Shown piece by piece: positions 11,873-23,338 of a stretch of DNA of 34,111 nucleotides. Each line of letters starts with the position of its first letter. Positions within the stretch are counted from its first letter, which is position 1. Position numbers and translations under genes: made by a program. A model generated the notes under the pieces. The model searched no databases. It was given only the letters and a program-made list of their open reading frames with translations, and had not been told where the DNA came from. Source of the DNA: Dimargaris cristalligena (Eukaryota); NCBI GenBank assembly GCA_003614675.1, contig ML002397.1:1-34111 (forward strand), given 5' to 3'.

Positions 11873-12301
11873 CTAACCTTGGCCACTTTGCGTATAGTAC
11901 CTGTGCCAAGTCAGGTATAAGCAGATTTGGGCCGAGAATGCAATGGTCGAAAGGCATTGTTGAATCCACCCCCCCTCCCTATCCTTTTGATAGAGACTGT
12001 AGTACGCCCCAGGGTAGCTGGAGGGGTACAACCTGCTACATGCAATTAACCCAGTGCTGTGTTTACATGTACATCCACTCTCAACACCAGACAAACTTAA
12101 AAGTAGTGGTGGTGTATTTGTAATTCCCCGCCCCGGGGATCCGGGAGGAGTGACGATTTGCCTGCCGGGTTGAGAAGACCCAGGGCGAGACACGGAAGTT
12201 GGCCCAGACCTTCGTAAATTTGGGGATTCAGGCCGAGAAGGTGACGGTGATGGCGGCATCTCCTGCGGGGAGACTGATTGATTACGACTGGAGCGAAACA
12301 T
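11873..12301 (-). CDS. Possible Ser/Pro/Arg-rich hypothetical protein (first exon; downstream structure unresolved)
   Basis: ATG at 12301 with TATATA ~60 nt upstream; GC-rich MFRSSRNQSVSPQEMPPSPSPSRPESP...; possible donor GTTAGT near 11877 and a GC-rich candidate exon near 11230-11290. Could not be joined convincingly. Confidence 0.3.
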   Translation of the reverse strand: MFRSSRNQSVSPQEMPPSPSPSRPESPNLRRSGPTSVSRPGSSQPGRQIVTPPGSPGRGITNTPPLLLSLSGVESGCTCKHSTGLIACSRLYPSSYPGAYYSLYQKDREGGWIQQCLSTIAFSAQICLYLTWHRYYTQSGQG

Positions 12302-12797
12302 ACTGCGAATTGTGGGTAACGTCGTAAGAGGATCAATGATTGTTATTAATATTTGAAATGTATATAAGAAGTCGTGGCTACTTGCTGCTTCACCCTCAAT
12401 GACTTCTTCAATACACAATGACTAGAAGAGTTTTTTTATTTTATAAATGCTTAAGGACCAAAATGAATAATATATGCTGCTAGGGTTTTTTGCTCCCCAA
12501 TTTAGGGAACAAAACTGGTGGGTTTAAATACTCCCATCCTCAAACTAAGAATGAGGATTTTTACAGCACTCAGTCGGGCAGCGGAAGGGGTTTGCCCCTT
12601 CTTGATGAGGTGCACTACTACTCCATGGTCAGCTCTGGGCACTAACTTCCTCCAGCAGCTACGACGGTAACAGCTAGCTCCCACAACGGCCCGATGAGGA
12701 TGCCTCCATTATATGAAACGGGAATATATTGAAACTGATAATGATTGATCCGGTTTGATAGGAGAAAAGGCTTCCCGAACCGCATAATATGTAACAC

Positions 12798-12942
12798 TAT
12801 ATGAGAGAAGTTCATTCAGGCTGTATAACGAAAAATCCATTGGATGAGACCAAGATTACTGGTTAAAAGCTATTCTTACATATATTCACTCGTGCATGTA
12901 TTATGTAAACCCTTATACAGCTGGTTTGAATTCCACCCATAT
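12798..12942. mobile_element. MITE-like family copy 2 (~145 bp)
   Basis: TATATGAGAGAAGTTCATTCAGGCTGTATA ... ATACAGCTGGTTTGAATTCCACCCATAT imperfect TIRs; internal AAATCCATTGGAT and ATTACTGGTTAAAAGCT. Confidence 0.62.
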
Positions 12943-13497
12943 GAACTAGGGGAGAATATCGGGAAGTATATAAACAAGTAAAAGGGATAACGAATAAACA
13001 TTCCCGATTCTGCACTTTGCAGCACTACATATTGATACATAAGAGACTGTAATAGTGGCGGAATATGCCCAGCAAAACTAGTTGATTATGCCTTGGGGAA
13101 TACATCGATACCATCATTACCCAGGCGACCAATTATTGTCGATTAATAGTGTAAATTAGTAAGGTGATTAAAAGACCGTGGAGTAGCCCCATTGCAGTCG
13201 GTCCCCACACCAGTCACTTAGTTTATAGTAGAAATACTATCTATTGCCTCGCTTAAAATTGTAGGGTTTCTTGGCTGGCAAACCAGTTGGTTAGGCAATC
13301 TCGAAGTACAGTACAGCGGTTGGGCTTAAGCTTTTTACACCCACTGCCCAGCGGCCATTCAGTTTCTTGTAGCAGTAGTGGTATCAAAGAAGGTGCAGGT
13401 CAATAGGCGAATACCTCAGTGGAGCCACGGGCTCGGGTGTTGGGGGCTTTGATTATATATAGTCCACCCAAAAGGGGATACTCCACCCTTGCTCTTG

Positions 13498-13653
13498 TAC
13501 ATGGTTGGCGTTCAACTCGACTGTATTGAGCACCATAAACAATTGATGGGTAGAGGAATGGGATGATGGGCGACATGCACAGCTTTAACCAGTAATACCT
13601 GAACTGCGAGCCATATACTCCGTCATAAATCCTAAGTGAAGCTTTCCCATGTA
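13498..13653. mobile_element. MITE-like family copy 3 (156 bp, inverted relative to copy 2)
   Basis: TACATGG...CCATGTA termini; AGCTTTAACCAGTAAT (13581-13596) is the reverse complement of copy 2's ATTACTGGTTAA(A)AGCT. Confidence 0.62.
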
Positions 13654-15063
13654 TAAAATAAGGCCTGTCATATATTTTTTACAGTGAAAATTACATCGGC
13701 CTTTGCAGTTTATAATAACTCTGCGGACCGCAGTCCACTTGGGTTATTGAGGCGTTGTCCATAATGGTATATGGTTCACTCGTTTACTACTTCCAGATCT
13801 CTGGCTGTATCACTTACCCACGTACCAAGCCACCAGTGGTACTATTCTACATATTATTCATTTGGGAGGTGAGGATGGGGGGTGCTGATAAATACCGGGA
13901 TGCTATTTATTTAAGGTGGAATGATTGCCTACGAGCAATCCGCCTGTTACTAAACCGGTTGAATCCCCAAGGGACTTTCTGGTGCCCATGCGAGTACTTT
14001 CGCAAATAATGACATACCAATAACGTATATTATGTATTAATGGATGTAAATATGAACCAGAGCCACATAAAATCTGGTATTAGGTTATTTAAATGGGGCG
14101 CGTATTGAAAGATACGGTGTAGAGATGTTATTGGCCGAAATCCGAGATACTGTATTTGCACATCTTAAATTGTAGCGGGGGCTCATGGTTTCATACAAAA
14201 AAAAAAGAGGAATGTCTTGAAACTATACACGCAGTGAAAACCCGACCATCCGAAGTTCAAACTCTATAACATATAGGTACAGTACTGGTTATGGCACAAG
14301 AGTAGCCTCGGATAAAAACATATGGTATTTAAAAACGGCCCCACCATGGCTGCTGGGAACCGATTGGCAACTGTTCCAACAAAACTGGCAATACGAGAGA
14401 GAGAGAGAGAGTATGTGTCTGCTGTGTTGGTAACATACTACGGTGGTGTGGAACCCTTTGATTATTTAGAGCGAGGCAAACGGATATCGGGGGAAGTTAG
14501 TTTATGTAAGGCCAAGCCAATTTTCCACAGAAATCTCGGCCATTTGTTTCTGGAAGTGAGTATACGGGGTCTTCCTAATCTTCAATGGTGTAGACCTGCC
14601 TTCCAATTTAAGGGCAAACGACTCATTCATACATCCATTTTCCACATATTCCATACGTATGGTAACAATGGTTTCACGGTGTTCGGTTTAGCCTCCTTTT
14701 ATATTTTATAGTGCAAGTCAACCCTGATACCCTCAGGCCTAGTTTAATATGCAATGCGCTCACCCTAAGTTTAGGAGCATGTTAATCCGGAGGAATATCC
14801 GCTCTACCCAACTATGGGCCATTTCGCTTGGGCCGAATATACGGTCTTCAACCGGGAAAAAATATATATCCCACGGAGAGGGCATGCGTAGCCTCCAACA
14901 AACCAACTCATTGTGCGACGTTTTAAGCGAGTGTTATGAGTCGCCAATATATATAAAGGACAGGTCTGCTATCTAAGGTTTGGCCTAATAATCGCTCTAA
15001 GCGTCAATATTTTATTGCCCTTTTTTTTTAATTGACCACCCCCCATTGACTTGATCCCTCATT

Positions 15064-15369
15064 ATGCATATCTCTCTGCTTACAACCTTCCTTCTTATGG
15101 CAACCCCCCTTGCCCTGGCCACTGGCTGTCAGTCTTCCCATCGTCAATGTGGCAGCCATGCTCACCTCCCGACTGGTGAATTACACACCAGCTCGCAGAG
15201 CATAGATACCCCAATGACCCCGACCGGTGGCACCCCCGATAAACAAGTTTCCAGGGAATATACTCAAACCACGGACACCGATGCCGATGAAGATATTAAT
15301 ACGTCGAATGAAGCAGACAATAACTACATCAAGTCGTTGGACTATACAGATGAGTGGTCCGATGAATAA
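15064..15369 (+). CDS. Small secreted acidic protein candidate, 101 aa (possibly truncated)
   Basis: TATATAAAG at ~14950; signal peptide MHISLLTTFLLMATPLALA; two Cys, His-rich segment, then Thr/Asp/Glu-rich tail. Confidence 0.6.
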   Translation: MHISLLTTFLLMATPLALATGCQSSHRQCGSHAHLPTGELHTSSQSIDTPMTPTGGTPDKQVSREYTQTTDTDADEDINTSNEADNNYIKSLDYTDEWSDE

Positions 15370-15493
15370 TACAATCTCTCTGTAATGAATCAATCGAGAT
15401 ACCAACCTTTGCAGCCAGGCCCCAACCCTTACAGCTCCGTAGCGCCCACACCCATTTATACTAAGGCCACTCAAAGTGGACTAGTTATTGCCG

Positions 15494-17896
15494 AGAGGAG
15501 TGTTAACTTATGACAAGCCTCCCAATATCAGAAGGGCCCCATCCTGATTGGTAGTTGTGTAATTAAAATTGCCTATCAAGGTGTAACATTGTTACTTAAG
15601 AGATGTATCCATACCATCTGATCTACTGTTGCCCTGCCCTTGGATTTCTTCAATCTCAAAAAATACTGCCAATATTATTACACTTTAATAAAATATTTTT
15701 TAATGGCACTTTAAATTATAGAAATTCTGTATAAGACAATTTGTTTTGTCATAGCCCTGGTTCACATTTGATTATGGATAACTATACTGAAACACATCTC
15801 CCAAAGTGGTATATGCTACTGTTGGCCCTCCTAATCTGACTTAACCTGGACTTAATGATTTTCCACCCTTATTAGGCCTGATAAGTGCCATACTAACCCT
15901 CCCATGGTTACCCCTGGTACTATAGGATCATCATTTATCATATAAACATTCTCCTTCCGGACCCCAGTGCTTCACACTAATCACCCAGCCTGCTAATCTG
16001 AAGACTCTCATGGGAACCAGAAGAGTCTTCTGGATATGAGGCCCATCTAGTCATCTATTTATCTATACCATAGTCTAGTAGTATCTCCCCTTGGGGTCTC
16101 CCTCTGGAGCTGCCCCACATATATATAACTGAGCCCTTGGGACTGGTTAGATTCTTTAGCTTATACTTACCCCCTAGTTTCCCACAATAAACCCTATATA
16201 CACTTACCCCTTCATACTGACCTGTAAGTGTGCCCACTGCAAATCCTTTACATAACCTCATTGCCTAGGCCTTTATTAGTTAGTACTGCACCCCATCCTA
16301 ATGCTAGTAGCACACTTGGCCAAGTCTAAGCCCTGCCTACTATTAGAAGCCTATCCCTGAGACTCTTAACAGACTAAGAGTAGTTAATTTGGGTGACAGC
16401 TATAACAGAGGTACTTTGGTAACATTCTGGAAGTCACTTGTAAAATTAATCACCTAGTCTTCTTCATTGATCTGAGAGTTATTCAAATGCTTCCAAAGTC
16501 TTTTAAACACTGTTGTAGTCCTTTTGGTATCCCTGTTACTTATTGGATTATCTAATCCACCTTAATCTGGCTGGCTTAGATGTCTAACTATATTAGACCT
16601 TATTATACCATATTAGCTTTACCATAGTTATACCTAGTACCATAGGATCATCTATTATTATATAACCTTTCCCCCACCCAGACTCTGCCTCTTTGCATTA
16701 ATCACTTAATTACTGATCCATTAGACTCTTCCAGTTAACCTCCAAGTTTTCTGGATACTAATGGCTGTCTGGTCATCCTATTTACCTATCCCCTAATCTT
16801 AGTAGTATCCTCCTCTTGGACCTCACTCTAGAGTTGCCACTATGTATATATAGCTAGGCCCCCTTTAGATAAGTTAGATTCCTCAGCTTATTATTCCCCC
16901 TATACTAATTAGTAAGGGTACCTCCTGCATATCCCTTGCATATCCCTCCCACTAAGCCTTTATTAGTTAGTACTATACCCTGTACCTGATACTAGTAACC
17001 TACTTAGTTAAGCTTAAGCCCCACTTACTATTAGAAGCCTATCCTCAGGACTCTTAATGGACTAAGATAGGTTAATATAGGATTATCTGGCCTACCACAA
17101 CTAGACCCCTTACTTTAGCTACTATTTGAATAAAAGAACTTGTAATTCTATAGGAACTTTTTCTATAGTAATAACTAGTGCCATGGACATGGTATAATTA
17201 ATTATCTGATTATCACTTGAAGATTATCAACATTGAATTTTCACCATTTCTCTGACTATTCCTTTGGTTTATACCATTGTATTACAAGTACCAGGCGGCT
17301 GCCATCCAGTGTTATCCCCATATTTAACTACACCCTTAGGCATCAGTATGTTGTTTCTCAATCAGTTCTGCCTACTTTCCTAATAAACTCCACTACACTT
17401 GTCCTGTTTATTACTCTACCCTTAGGTTTTTATGTACTGGTATCCCCTCCTTGCTTTTTATCAATAAATCCCAGCTAAGGTAACCCCTGATAATGTATTC
17501 CTAGGAAGACTACCCCATGGGCTATAGTACAGGGCTAAAATGGTTGACCAAGGTGACAGGAGAAATCTATATTAATTGGCCCTAGTTAACATGGCTAACC
17601 AGATATCAGAAGTTCTTTGGGGTGTAATGTTTATAAAAGTCTTAATGTCAAATAATAAGTATCAAATAGAATAGAAAGGAAGCCTCCAAGATCCATGGAG
17701 GGGAGTGGGGGATGAGGTACAAGTCCATTACAAGCCCCAGGCTGGATATCATAGTTGCCCCATAGGCTATTCCTATTGGCCGGTATAGAATATCACATAT
17801 ATAGAAGAATCTACCACTAGATAACTCAGTGCCTACTAAGGATGGTCAACATGACTGTAGCAGGGGAAACTATGAGAGGACTAGTGGGATCTACTG
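15494..17896. repeat. CpG-depleted, TpA-rich decayed repeat/TE block containing a diverged ~500-bp direct duplication
   Basis: Only three CpG found by eye in ~2.4 kb; copies ~15870-16388 and ~16591-17076 share ATAGGATCATC (15922/16642), GCCTTTATTAGTTAGTACT (16269/16956) and TACTATTAGAAGCCTATCC (16338/17026). Confidence 0.75.
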
Positions 17897-18313
17897 CGGT
17901 TTTAAACTTCATTTTAGCCACCTGGGCTATATATTTAGGTGCAGTCCGCAAATGAAATGAAATTAATTTGAGGTTGGAATGGTCTGTGATGCATTCTTTC
18001 AAATCTTCCCAGATAATTGAACCTGTTCGACTATTCCAATGTATTCCATTACTCCCTTGCTTTGCAAGGTATAGGGGGTTTCTTTTTATACATGAACTCC
18101 ATAAAAATAAATACCCGCAGTAATATATTGCGTTTCCATGCTGCAGCTTTTAAGCCCCCTTAACCCACCGGCCGCAGCACGGCAGGGTCGGTCAGGTGCG
18201 GTTATCCTATACCCATTCTTCAGCTCTTTTAACCTCCTCTTCGACTTCCCCTCCTCTGAATTTCTTTAAGACACTAACTGAATCCGAGGAACACTACTTG
18301 AGCGCTGTGAGAA

Positions 18314-21300
18314 ATGACGTCCACCGCCCCGCTACCCGAATGTCTAGCCCGATTCCGACGCCTATTCCAGCAGCTCAATACCACTTACACCTTCTACGCC
18401 TTTAAGGTGGGTGACTCGCTTGTGCCCATTGCCAAACTTCAGCCGAGTTTGGAATCAGCACTACAGGATGCACTGACCTTGGATGACTGGACGGCATTGG
18501 CCGGCATCGACGATTCCATTCAACTACATCTGCTGAACCTCATCGACTGTGAGCCCGCTTCGAGTGACGAACTCTATGTATTACCCGCCCAAGGGGGGCC
18601 CTCAGCCCAAACGCCGAAGGCCGTCGAGCCCGTCGTCTCTGGGCTCAGGCAGGTAGTGGCGGTTCAACTGACTTTAGCCAATGACTCTGGTCCCGTGAAT
18701 CGGCCGGCTAAGCGGCCCAGGTCCCGGAAAAACGGGAACTCCCAACCCCCTAAATCTATGGCCGACTTAACCCGCACTATCTTTCTACGGATGGCCCATT
18801 TTGAATTGCGCCTGGCAGAGCTGCAGAGTAAATACGCCGATTATGTAAGTCACCTGGGTTAGTACTCGGCCGGGGGTGGCCAAATTACTATTTATCATTG
18901 GGCGAATACCCTTCAGACCAAGAATTTTTCGTATGTTCTTAATTTTTACACACAATCACCTCTTTTACCTTTTCGACTAGACCCGAACTAACTTTTTGAT
19001 CCAGGGCAGGGCCGAGCGGCTTGTTTTCCCTCGCTGTATCCGTGTCATTTGAATTATCTCACCCCAGACTAATGATTTGGGTGACATATTAAAACAATTG
19101 GCCCGTTTTCATTTCGCCGAAATTTATACCCACTGGGATGCCCTACAAGCGATTATCAACCCGCCACAGTCCCTGATAATTCAAACCCCACCCACAATAA
19201 TCGATGAATCCGATTCAATGGACGACATTATCAATGAACTTCAGCAGCAATCGTTTTACGCTGATCAGATAGTGCCTCGGGGACACAAGACCCTAAGTCC
19301 TCGGCCTGCATTGTTCAGTGACCATCGGCCCCGGCTAGATGCCCGGGTGTACGAAGCACTCAAATCGGTCCAGGGTATTACCAACTTATACACCCACCAA
19401 TGTGAAGCCATTGAAGGGGTATTGAATGGTGGCCACATCATTATTTCGACGTCAACGGCTAGCGGTAAATCCATTGTCTACCAGCTCCCTATACTAAACA
19501 CTCTTCTAGCTGATCCCGATGCCTGCGCTCTCTGCGTGTTTCCCACCAAGGCCTTGTCGCAGGACCAGATCCAATCATTCCGGAATTTAATTAGTGCCTG
19601 TGCGGGGCTGACCGACATTCAAATCGGCGTCTACGACGGTGATACCCCCTACGAGGGCTCGGTCCGCAATACTATCCGCCAAACGTCCCGGGTTATCGTC
19701 ACCAACCCCGACATGCTCCATATGGCCATCCTGCCCCATCATAGTCGCTGGCAGCGGCTACTGCGCCATGTTCGATACATCGTTTTGGATGAGCTACACA
19801 CGTACCACGGTTCCTTCGGAGCTAACGTTGGCTTTATTCTTCGCCGTCTTCGTCGGTTGTGCGCCCAGCTAGGCAATACCCAAGTGCAGTTCATTGCCTG
19901 CAGCGCCACCTTGGCCCAGCCCATAGCCCATATGGAGGAACTATGTGGATTCGACTCACCCCCTTCCGCTGCAGCGATTGCCCATCCCCGGGTGCTCTCC
20001 ATTGACCAAGACGGTTCCCCCTGCGGATCCCGTGACTATATCCTATGGAACCCCCGGGGCGAAACGCAGCTATCAGACACCGAACAAATCATAGCCTATC
20101 TTATGCGAAAGGAGGTCAAATCCATGGTATTCTGTAAAAGTCGCCGGGTGTGCGAACTCCTGTTCCGCAAGACCCTCGATACTTTGAAAAAATACCCCAG
20201 CGATGCCAGCCTAGCCAACAAAGTGTTTGCCTATCGCGGGGGGGTACTGGCCGGAGGAACGTCGGCGAATCGAAGGTAAGCTATTTCGGGGTGAACTCAG
20301 TATGGTCATTACCACAAATGCCCTCGAATTGGGGATCAACGTGGGGAGTTTGGATGCGGTGGTCATGGTTGGGGCCCCTTCGAGTTTCGCATCGTTCCGG
20401 CAGCAGGCCGGCCGGGCCGGTCGGCGCAACCAAGGGGCTCTGGGCCTGGTGGTGTTAGACCCCGATGACCCACGTGACCAGCGCTTTGTCCACCATCCCG
20501 AGTACTTGCTGAACGCCCCCGTCAAGGACGAGTGGGAGCTGGACCTAACCGACCCCGGCATTAAAGTGCCCCATTTACAATGCGCTGCCTACGAAGCGAA
20601 ACTTCAAGACGAAACGGATACCCCTTATTTCGGGACTGATATGGAGAAACTGTGCGTCCAACATTTGCTGTCCGATGTGGACCAGGTAAGCATACATTTG
20701 CAACCGAGCAACTGCTACCGCACCAGAGACTTATGTAGTCGGGGAGGTTCGACTCACCAGTGTGACCATTTCCATGGTCGATTGTCCTGAGGACCCTTGC
20801 AACCGTTAATTTTAGCATTTACTAGATCTAATAATGCGGACGTTTGCCCGGCATCTGTACCGAACTATCCAATTAGAGCTTTATCTGTCACCCAACGTAC
20901 CGGCCCTATCCTGCGGCCTTAATTGACATCCGCGGGCCTCGCGAAGAGCAGTTCGGGGTAATTGACGTCAGTTCCTCGACTGACCGAGTACTGGAGGAAC
21001 TCGAAGCGTCGCGGGCCCAGTTTTCGCTCTACGAAGGCGGAATTTTCATTCACCAGGCGAAATTTTACCTCATGACCCGGGTCATTCCGGATAAACAGGC
21101 GGCATTTGTCAAACCGAGTCATTTGGCCTGGTATTCGACTCCCCATTCTTCCACTTTTATCGAAATTAAAAAGACGCTAAAATCGCTGGACCGGTCTGGT
21201 GATGGATTGGCCTTTGGTAGTGGACAGGTCGTAGGTAAGTGTGCGTCAGGGATAAAAACATGGAAGTCAAATTCCAGACATTTGGGACAATGGTTTGCCT

Positions 21301-22425
21301 TTCGCAGCGTCCGCTTGCATTCGGCCGTGGGCCTGTCGGTTAGGATCGATTCTGTAGTATTACGTCATCGATGGTCACGCTCGTCGCAATCCTATAGTCC
21401 AAATGCTAACTTATTACTCTCAACCTAACGTTGTCACTTTAAATTTTAAACATATATATATATATATTACATCATTGACACTGGGTCCTACTCTAGTCAC
21501 TGTCCGGACCACTGGGTTTTCCTGTATCGACTTCCATAAGGGTCAGGTAATCAATACAGTCGAAAAATGCTCCCCTGATATAGCCCGTGAGGCCTATGCC
21601 ATTTGGATTAATCTCCCCCCAAGAGTGTATCAACAGACGCATCAGGGTCCTTCACCATGGCTGGACTCCCTGCATGCCCTTTACCACCTCTTCTCCCGGA
21701 TAGCGCCGCGTTACTTGGTATTCAGTAACCATTCGTGCCAATACGAGATGATGCAGGTCGATAATAATTCCAGCCCTCCGCTAAGGTAAATTCCTCGAAT
21801 ATCCCTTATGGACCCTGTATTTCCCGAAACGATATTCCCACTTGTAAAATGCCCAATAATTACTCGAACATGAACGGTAGTGGGTTGGTTCCGGAAACCT
21901 GTAAAACAATATTACATTGGGTAAGTTCTTCTATATCTCCCACACCACTGACCTACCCACTCAACGAAAGTTTGACATTCCATCGTACACAGGTTACTTT
22001 GGTATTGCGGAACGCGGGCGATTCTCGGTCTCCTGGAACCACTGCGAGCAAAGTTCGGCGAAATACTGCTAGATTGTCTCCAACAGCTTGACCATTGCTC
22101 CTGTAAGCAGGGCTGTGACCAATGTAAGAAAACATTTTTGAGTTGCGACATTCAGTGAGAGGGGGGCCAACGTACTCCATATTCTGTGGAGGATTGATTC
22201 GATGCAGTCAGCTGCGTTTCCTTGGTTTCTACCTCTCACACAAAGTATGGTTCTAATGTTACATTATTGGCTGGCGCCTCACCGTTACCCTCCCTATGTC
22301 GTTGTGGTGGTGGTGGTTGCTGTATAGGCATACATAGGAAGGATTGCAAATTCCCACAGCAGCCAACATCCAAACCCGGTGCGGCAAGACTAGCCCGCAT
22401 TCTCCAACAAATGACGCTTTTGTAA
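18314..22425 (+). CDS. HRQ1: Hrq1 (RecQ4-like) DEAH-box helicase with C-terminal DUF1998 Zn motif; 6 exons; +1 frameshift at 20238-20244
   Basis: Exons 18314-18844, 19068-20685, 20877-21234, 21497-21785, 21993-22123, 22328-22425, all GT..AG with matching phases. Motifs LYTHQ, STSTASGKS, PTKALSQDQ, TNPDMLH, DELH, CSAT, AYRGG(Y), TNALELGI, QQAGRAGRR, HLQCAAYE, LYEGGIFIHQ, CSCKQGCDQC..C..SKPGA. Confidence 0.93.
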
Positions 22426-23256
22426 TACTCCGGCATGCAGGTACAGCTGAGAAAACCGCCTTGCACTATTGAATACGACCTATTCGTTTGTTGGGTCGGG
22501 ATTTTCCAGGTTGTTGACAGCAAAGCCCCTGTCCCTTTTCCACACTCGAGTGTTTTCCACAATCTTAAATGATTGGATTAGACTACCCCCATATATATTT
22601 TTGGGTGTCAATAATGTATCAAGAGATTGTCCATGGGATTTTTATACCTGACGGCGTATACACTAATATATATTTAACGTATCACGTTGCACAGTGTATT
22701 ATTCATCACTTGAGATTATGTGTATGTTCACAAATAGAGTCGATTACTGTGGTCCATCCCCGAGAAATTAATTAAAAATAAGCAGCGTCAGCTAATCAGA
22801 AACACCTTTATTTATTATTTAGAGTAGGATAGTATTTTCTTTTTTGGCGTATTTGTGGCATTTTAAAATGGAACATCGATTAATTTTAACTGATTTAATT
22901 GGTCTAGAGTACACTCAGGGTATTATACAGTATCGACTGTGGGGGACTGTTAAGTGGAGTGTAGATGAAAGGGTACCAGGGCGGTGGACTGAGACGATGT
23001 TACGGAATATAGCTTTGTATTTTACCACCAGGGGACTAGAAGTTTCCTCTTACCTTAACACATATACATAGATAGAGGGCGGGAGAGAGAGAGAGAGAGG
23101 GCGAAGATGCTGGAATAGGGTTTTTTCTGTTTTTAATATATATATCTATATCGGTTAGACATACGTGGCAGTTACATTGCGAGTGTCATAACCGAATGGT
23201 GTCAGCGAAATCTGGGCGAATACACCTTGGTAGTGTCGGCGCTTTTTACATAACCC

Positions 23257-23338
23257 CAAACTCCGCTCACATGAAATCCCACTTAGGCTCTTTTGGTATT
23301 TGGAAACCTTTTCCAATCCATTTGAGTAGCGGAGTTTG
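23257..23338. repeat. ~80-nt inverted repeat / hairpin
   Basis: CAAACTCCGCT (23257-23267) / AGCGGAGTTTG (23328-23338) perfect 11-bp stem, with an inner TTGGAAA..TTTCCAA hairpin. Confidence 0.6.

Noticed and set aside
12915-12980. YSWFEFHPYELG resembling the cPLA2/lysophospholipase WFEFxPYE motif (also YSWAEFHPY in ORF 32105-32422)
   Set aside because: It is the translation of the MITE terminal repeat; no extended ORF or other lipase motifs.
9969-15484. Alternative genetic code (TAA/TAG = Gln) suggested by read-through-looking frames
   Set aside because: BRL1, PEX11, HRQ1 and the sHSP all end at TAA at their expected C-termini and have no internal TAA/TAG.
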